Of a stretch of 64,000 nt of DNA, positions 56,801-64,000 are shown piece by piece. Where the stretch lies: NCBI RefSeq assembly GCF_011745625.1, contig NW_027191478.1, forward strand, positions 248,001 to 312,000. Reading direction: 5' to 3'. Position 1 is the stretch's first letter. The number at the start of each line of letters is the position of its first letter. The DNA is from Cladosporium halotolerans. Its lineage: Eukaryota. The translations under genes and the position numbers were made by a program. Below the pieces are notes generated by a model. The model searched no databases, was not told where the DNA came from, and worked only from the letters and a program-made list of their open reading frames with translations.

Positions 56801-57346
56801 TCGCGTGCGCCCGTAGAACATCGCCGTCATGCGCGAAGGAGACCAGACGAGTGCGAGTAAGACGAAAGGTAGGTAGGAGGCAAGGCGCAGCGCTGCTCTC
56901 TGAAGACAGCACCAAAACCGCTGGAGCACTTCAACGGCGACTTTCAACGCTCGGGAGCGCCGCGAGCCGCGCCAAGCGGGCGGGAAGCAGGGATCGCCCT
57001 CCCAGCTCCCGCTCTGTACCTGCCGCTTGTTTGGCTGCAGCTCGCTTTTGTTTATGCATCTGGGCAACGACCGACCGTCTCGCTCTCCCCACGACGACGC
57101 ATTGCTTAACGACAACATCGGCCACCTCGCAGCGATACGTCCTCTGGACTCGACACCACCGCCTGCGCCCTCCCGTCAACCACATGTGCAGCACGAGGTA
57201 GCCTCGTCGCCAAACACCCCGACGCCTCTCCCTTTCGCCCAGCTTCCATAACCACCGCGACCCGCCAGCCAGGCGCGTGCAGTCCACCACGACTGCAACT
57301 CTCCGCCCTTTCCAACGCACATCCACGCACACAATCGTGAGCAGCC

Positions 57347-59457
57347 ATGGACGCTAAGGTATGCATAAGTATTTCATTTTCTTCATGAGTCTGCATGCGA
57401 CGCGCCGAGCGGGCAGCGGCAGGCGCAGGTATGGGACCAGGCAGCGCGGCAGGTCGAGGCAGATATCGAGGCAGGCATCCAGGCAGCAGATCACCGGTGC
57501 ACATTCGCACGAGTATACCAGCACACGCGAGCATCATGACGCAGTGCACGCGATATTAGCCAACACGCCACAGCTGGCTCCTTCGCTTGCTGCTTCAAAC
57601 CCAACTTCCAGCCAATCGTGACCCTGATCTAACCTCACCTCACAGCCGCTCCGCGCTCGCGCATTGCGCATTCACGACGAGAACATGCCACCGCCCGCCG
57701 CCAACGGTGCTCTCCCAGGGAAGACTCTTCACCAGCGCACCAAGTCCGTGCCCTCGTTCTCCACGCTCTACCAGGCCGACGCGGTGAAGGCTGCCAACAA
57801 GAAGGTGCTCGGCGAAGCCAACGCCAACCTCAAGATCACACAGCCGGCCAAGGACGACTCTGTGCTTGACAAGAAGGGAGGTGCCGGCATGGTCAAGCCG
57901 ACCGCGGCATTTGCGCGCCCGGCGGCGCGTCCTCTGGCGCCTAAGAGTGTGTCGTCGCAGAACGTCCCGACCAGCGTCACTTCCAACACCACCACAGTTG
58001 CACCTGTTGCATCGAAGCCGCCGGGTCTCTCGAACACATCCGAGACCATTGCCGACCCGCCGAAGAAGTTGGTCATTAAGAAGAGCACCAAAGTCCTCAA
58101 GCCGGCCGACACCGTCTCACAGTCCGAGGTTGAGGCCAAGAAGCTTGCTGCTCTGCCTGAGCAGCAGGGCGGCGTCCCAGTCCCTCGCCAGGAGGTTTGC
58201 GAGACTAAGATCGTGCCTCTGCGCGACGAGCCTGCAGTCCGCGCCGTGAGCAACGCTCACAGCAGCATTCCGGCGGGCTTCGCTTCGCTTGAGGAGTACA
58301 TGATGTACCGCGATGCTCAGAACAACCGCCAGCAAGGATCTCACACTCGCTTCGAACAGCCCGTTAGCGTGCTCCCGTCAAATGCCTTGTCCACTGACCA
58401 GTACTATGAAGAGGACGACGATGACTACTACTTCGACGATGGCTACACCACCAGCAGGTCGTTCGGCCTCCACGGTGAGAGCACGGGCGGCGTCACCACT
58501 GTGCTCGCCCCTCGTTACTCCGACAAGGTCGACCAGGAGCTTGAGAGAGCCCGTCTTCACGTCGAGGCCACTCGTACTCCGGAAGACATCGAGGACGAGC
58601 AGTGGGACACTTCCATGGTCGCTGAATACGGCGACGAGATCTTCGGGTACATGAAGACGCTCGAGCAGCGCATGTCACCCAACCCTCGTTACATGGACCA
58701 GCAGCAGGAGATCCAGTGGTCGATGCGCGCCGTCCTCGTCGACTGGGTCGTCCAGGTCCACCAGCGCTTCAGCCTTCTCCCGGAGACACTGTTCCTGACC
58801 ATCAACTACATCGACCGCTTTCTGTCTTGCAAGATTGTGTCGCTGGCCAAGTTGCAGCTCGTCGGAGCCACGGCGCTCTTCGTTGCCGCCAAGTATGAGG
58901 AGGTTAACTGCCCCACCATCCAGGAGATCATCTACATGGTCGACGGTGGTTACAGCGCGGACGAGTTGCTCAAGGCCGAGCGTTTCATGCTCAGCATGCT
59001 GCAGTTCGAGCTCGGCTGGCCTGGGCCCATGAGCTTCCTTCGTCGCATCAGCAAGGCCGATGACTACGATCTCGAAACCAGAACTCTGGCCAAGTACTTC
59101 CTCGAGATCACCATCATGGACGAGCGCATGGTCGGATGCGCGCCCAGCTTCACTGCTGCCGCCGCTCACTGCATGGCTCGCATGATGCTAGGCAAGGGTG
59201 ACTGGACCCTCCCGCACGTCCACTTCTCAGGATACACCTACCCACAGCTTCGCCAGCTCCTGCAGACCATCTTGGAGTGCTGCGAGAACCCGCGCAAGCA
59301 CCACAGCGCTGTGTTTGAGAAGTACGCCGACAAGCGCTTCAAGCGTGCCTCCACCTACGTCGAGGCCCAGATGGTGCATGGCTTCACGCTCCCGAAGGTA
59401 TCCAGAGGCAGCTCCACTGGCTTCTTCGACGGTGCCATCGCTGGCTATGCGAAGTAG
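57347..59457 (+). CDS. CLB3: G2/mitotic B-type cyclin (Clb3/4-like); 12-nt first exon MDAK, intron 57359-57645
   Basis: WDTSMVAEYGDEIF, QWSMRAVLVDW, LPETLFLTINYIDRFLS, KLQLVGATALFVAAKYEE, PMSFLRRISKAD; ATGGACGCTAAG|gtatgc...ctaac..cacag| splices in frame to PLRARALRIHDEN. Confidence 0.92.
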
Positions 59458-60431
59458 AATGCTCTACGCCACGCTGCTCCACTCGGGCAGCGTTTCACTT
59501 CTTGACAACATGCCGATTCTTGCGGCCTGACATTCGTTCGTCTGTTGTATACGTGTCCTCATTCCTTGATCAGCATCAACCAGCTTCGATAGTCTCGTTG
59601 GAGAACATCACCAGAGGAAGCTTGGACAGTCGCTCGACGCGTTGCATAGCTCGGAATGCCATCAATCACCTGGATGCACAACAAGACGACGAGCGCCTGT
59701 ACGATGCGACGACCGAAAACAACAATAAAACGACGGAACGAACCCCCCTTAATAATACCCGACCGTTGTCCATGCAGTCCGGACTTGCGCTCACTATGAG
59801 CGCTCGACCTCTCCTGCTGGGCATTGGCCAACTTCACTCTCGTACTTGCATTCATGCTTTTCCCTGCACGCTCTCGCGGCTTCCGTCGCTCGAGCAGCAT
59901 TAGCCTGGCGTACCGGTGGCTTTCTTTTCTTTCTTTCTTTCCTTCCTTGCTTTTTCTCTCCAGGACTGGGACACGGGTTTCGATGTGAAACGGGCAACGG
60001 CGTTAATTAATGACCTCTGGTCGAGATACCACACTCCTGCCTGTCCGGCGGAGCCAGGATGGATGGCATTTTCCTTTTGGACTTCTTCTTCGACGGAGCA
60101 CCTTTATGCTGCATTGCAGTCTAGCAAAGGGAGCAGTTGGAAAGAGGGCGATGGGGCCATTCACTGGATTAACATCGGTTCAATGGGGGTTTTCTTTTTC
60201 TGCTGGGTTTTTCTTTCTGGACTCGATAGCAAGCATGCAGAGATATGCCAGGACTTTCTCTTTCATTGTCAATGTGTTTCTGTGTTTCAATCTTTACCTT
60301 GATGACTCTTGTGATTTTGACAGTGGCCACTAACCCTCTCCTTGCCGGTCTTGCCAACCCATACGCTTGTCAGCATTCTCAGACCGTGACTTGACCTACC
60401 AGTGCTTCTCTGTATCCTTCGCGGAGCGTTT

Positions 60432-60463
60432 CCTCTGGAAAATGCCCTCTGGAAAATGCCCTC
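60432..60463. repeat. Perfect 14-bp tandem duplication (CCTCTGGAAAATGC x2.3)
   Basis: cctctggaaaatgc cctctggaaaatgc cctc read directly. Confidence 0.85.
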
Positions 60464-61507
60464 GCAACCACCGAAGCACGACATCTGGACCGACCAGCCG
60501 CGCCGCCGGATCGTCTCATGCAGCTTCTTCCCGAACGCCAAAGCAACACCGAACAGCGGTACTGCACAGCAGCTGCCACGCGGACCATGCAGACAATCAC
60601 AAAACCCTTCCATCCATCCTCCGGATCGACGAGCCAAACTCGGAAAATAAACCATATCTCGCGCCCAGCCGTTGTCGTCGTCAACGACCCTCTCACCACA
60701 TCGCCCTCAGGGTCGCCCGATCGCCCGGCAAACGCACTTGTCCGCTGCTCATCAGCATGGAGGATCGCTCTCGGCCAGCCAAATTTAGCCCGCGCCCGAA
60801 ACCAGCCAGCCAGCCCAGCCCGCCCCCACCATGCCCCGCCGCCCGCCGCTCGCTGCTCGGCCTTTCAGTCGCTCACCGACCGCGAAGCCCGAAGCTGCTT
60901 CCCAGCCCTTAGCATCGCCGCCATATTGCAACAACTCCCACCGCAGCCCACGCCGTGCGCCCTGCCTGAAACCTGCCACGCAGCAACGCGCCCCGGCCGG
61001 GCTGAGCTCGCGGGCTGACTTGCGTGCGGTGGAGCCTGCGGTTGCGCGCGAGCGCTTCTTGTGTGTCGTTGCGCGAGACGACACGCCCACGGCTACGGCT
61101 CTCCAACGACCACCGAAGGCCCGACGATTGCGCTGAGATGCTGGGCGCTCTCTCTCTCTCGCGCGCGCGGATGCTGTACCTGCGTCGCGCCGACGAGCCC
61201 GAGGTGGAGTTGCCGGGCGCGCGCAAGAGTGTGTGTGCGCGCATATGCAGGCAATGCACTCGACCTGAATGGGCGGCGTTGGTGTAAGGTTCGGCGGCGG
61301 GATGGGGGGAGGAGTGGTAAGTATTATTTGCCTTGATATTCCCTCGCTCGACACCGCTCTTGCTTTCTTCTCTTCTTCCTCTTACTCTACTATACCCTGC
61401 CCTGCTTCCTCACTCTGTTTCTTCATTGCGATTGAGATACCCTTGAGTTTCGACTTCGTCCACGAATAAACAAACACAACCTCAACAGCAACAACAACAC
61501 CGCCATC

Positions 61508-62396
61508 ATGTCCCAGGCCCCCGTCCTCGTCCCCACCGCCTCCCTCCACGGCAAGGTTGCCCTCATCACCGGTGCCGGCCGTGGCATTGGCCGCGGCTGC
61601 GCCATCGAGCTCGGCCGCCGCGGCGCCAGCGTCGTCGTCAACTACGCCAACAGCAAGGCCTCCGCCGACGAGGTCGTCAAGGCGATCGAGGAGACCGGCA
61701 CCGGCGCCAAAGCCATCAGCATCCAAGCGGACGTCAGCAAGCCCGCCGAGATCGAGCGCCTCTTCCAGGAGTCCAAGAAGCACTTCGGCCGCATCGACAT
61801 CGTCATGAGCAACTCCGGCACCGAGTCCTGGGACAAGACGGAGGAGATCACGGAGGAGAAGTACGACCACGTGTTCAACCTGAACGCGCGCGCGCAGTTC
61901 TTCGTCGGCCAGGCCGCCTGGAAGCACCTCGAGGACAACGGCCGCCTCGTCCTCATGTCCTCCATCGCCGCCGGCCTGCTCGGCGTCCGCGACCACGTCC
62001 TCTACAACGCCTCCAAGATGGCCGTCATCGGCATGATCAAGGCCTTCGCCACCGACTTCGGCAAGCGCGGCATCACCGTCAACGGCGTCGCCCCCGGCGG
62101 CATCAAGAGCGACATGTTCACGCAGAACGCGTGGCACTACATTCCTGTAGGCCGAACAGACCCCCCTCCCACCCTCCCCCACCTTACTTTCACCAAAATA
62201 CTAACACCCCCACCCCCAGGGCGGCACCCCCGACATCCCCGCCTCGACGATCGAGCAGATGATGGCCGACCACTGCCCGCTCGGCCGCTGCGCGACGCCC
62301 GACGACGTCGCCCGCGTCGTCGGCTTCCTCGCTTCCGAGGACGGCGGCTGGGTCAACGGCCAGGTCATCACCATCTCCGGCGGCTCTTCGCAGTAA
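61508..62396 (+). CDS. 4HNR: 1,3,6,8-tetrahydroxynaphthalene reductase (DHN-melanin SDR); intron 62147-62219
   Basis: TGAGRGIGRGCAIELGRRGASVVVNY, VMSNSG, YNASK, APGGIKSDMFTQNAWHYIP|GG...WVNGQVITISGGSSQ*; closely resembles known 4HNR-type enzymes as recalled. Confidence 0.88.
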
Positions 62397-63355
62397 GCGT
62401 GGTGCCACGCTTGGGAGAGATAGTGGAAGGTTTTCTCTAACGACGGTGTTTATTTTTTTTATGGAAATGGCATTTACGAAATGACAAAAGTGTGCGGCCC
62501 TGAGGGGCTCGGCTGACTTCTGGATGGATGGACGGGTGTTACTTATGGGAGAGATGGAGGGATGGGATGGATATAGAGAAACGAAATTTAGCAGGTCGAC
62601 TATACCGGCCTTTTGAAACATCCAGTGATAATATCTCTTCCTCGTATGATCCGTGTGTAGGCATAGTGTCGACGGGAGCAGTTTGAGCTCGTGTCTGTGT
62701 TCTCGAGAAGCATTTAGGCTTTCGCCGTGCTGGTCGAAGCTGGCGGTCGTACCAGCCCGCTCGATGTGAAGCCGGCCTTGTTGCCATTGTTGAGAAGCAC
62801 ATGTCCTCAATTATGATCACAAAGATCTGCGCTTTCACAAACTATTCTCAGCTTTACACAGACAGGCATTGTTCGCCTTTCTTCTTTGTTGCTTACTCTG
62901 GGTCTCGTTGGTAGATATCGTGGAGGACTCTCAAGAAGGAGAAATTCCACTGAATAAAATAATGGAACTGATCACTTTGCCTCTCATGGAAATATCGAGG
63001 CGATCATCCTGTCCAAAGTGTTCAGATTGCTATACAACGTGCCGAGAATATAGCAATAGGTCAATTGGAACACGGCTACGGCTCCGCTAGCGCGAGGGTT
63101 TCAGCCGCCCATCGCATCGTTCCAGCGCGAGATCTGCGATCTCACACGAACTTCGACCATCGTCATCGTTTACACGGTGATTCGGTAGAAGGCACGCGAC
63201 CGATCAGCGCAGGGACTGCTATACAGCGTAGGTTTAGCCATGGGTTTCTTTCTTTTCACTAGCCGATGAATCTCTGTCCCTTTCGAAACACCCCTTCCCC
63301 TTCCTCCCATCTCTCTTCCCGCAGGACACCAGGCAAGAGGAGGACACGACCAGAC

Positions 63356-64000
63356 ATGGCAGACCGCGACGACCGCCCGCGGCCAGACGGCGAAAGACAA
63401 CCGCTCCTCCAGCGCGACGACGGCGAGGCAAACGACACGCGCGAAGTCCTCGCCTTCACCGACGCCGACCCCGAGAACCCGCGCCAATGGCCGCGCCGCA
63501 CCAAGATGGCCAACGTCGCCATCATCGCCGCCATGAGCATCCTCTCGCCGCTCGCGTCCTCCATGTTCACGCCGGGCATCCAGCAGATCGCCGACGGCCT
63601 GGGCTCGACGCCCGAGGTGGTCATCGGCTGCACGACGGGCTTCGTGATCATGCTGGGCCTGGGCCCGCTGTTCCTCGCGCCGCTGTCGGAGACCTTCGGT
63701 CGGAGGAAGCTGTACATCGTGTGCTTCACGGTCTTCTCGCTGCTGCAGATCCCGAGCGCGCTGGCGCCGAACGTCGAGACGTTGATTGCTATGAGGACGC
63801 TGAGTGGGTTCTTTGGCAGCGTGGGGATTGCGAATGGTGGTGGCACGATCAGTGACATGTTTGAGCCGAGTGAGAGGGCGGGCGTGTTTGGGTGGTATTT
63901 GTTGGGGCCTTTGCTTGGGCCGACGTTGGTGAGATTACCTGTATACTTGACTTGACATCCGGATGGAAGTGCTGACATCGATATCAGGGCCCTCTTTTCG
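63356..64000 (+). CDS. MFS transporter, DHA1 drug:H+ antiporter type (5' part; intron 63929-63987)
   Basis: DPENPRQWP, GPLFLAPLSETFGRR, RTLSGFFGS...GGGTISDMF, GPLLGPTL|GPLF. Confidence 0.92.

Noticed and set aside
1..64000. Transposons, RIP-degraded repeats, CRISPR arrays, tRNA/rRNA genes, TPP riboswitch
   Set aside because: No transposase or RT motifs, terminal repeats, AT-rich RIP blocks, spaced direct repeats or recognisable RNA-gene signatures seen by eye; a covariance-model scan would be needed to exclude small ncRNAs.

Overview
Gene-dense chromosomal DNA from a filamentous ascomycete. Short GT-AG introns with CTRAC branch points and a DHN-melanin reductase suggest a Dothideomycete, but that taxon call is inference. 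About 25 protein-coding genes can be modelled. Left half: MAS2 (partial), a secreted DUF3237 protein, VPS16, an MTC2/ChlI-like AAA-lid protein, a bestrophin/UPF0187 protein, a PTH11-like membrane protein, SurE, a SET6-like methyltransferase, an atypical PIP kinase, malate synthase, an FATP-type acyl-CoA synthetase, PLAC8, WBP11, RRP43 and a fungal transcription factor. Right half: a 'pathogen-related' NTF2-like protein, a ~2,024-aa secreted PAN/apple + CE1 esterase mucin, PIF1, an AEP2/ATP13-like protein, LSM3, a transglutaminase-like protein, a Zn2Cys6 factor, a B-type cyclin, 4HNR and a partial MFS transporter. I found no transposon, CRISPR array, tRNA or rRNA, and no multi-gene novel system that I can support. 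The most unusual items are: (i) recurrent ~0.5-1.2 kb GC-rich patches that read C/A-rich then G/T-rich on the + strand regardless of gene orientation; (ii) the giant multi-PAN esterase; (iii) a transcription factor whose zinc cluster keeps only 4 of 6 cysteines. All identifications come from motif recognition, not database searches.
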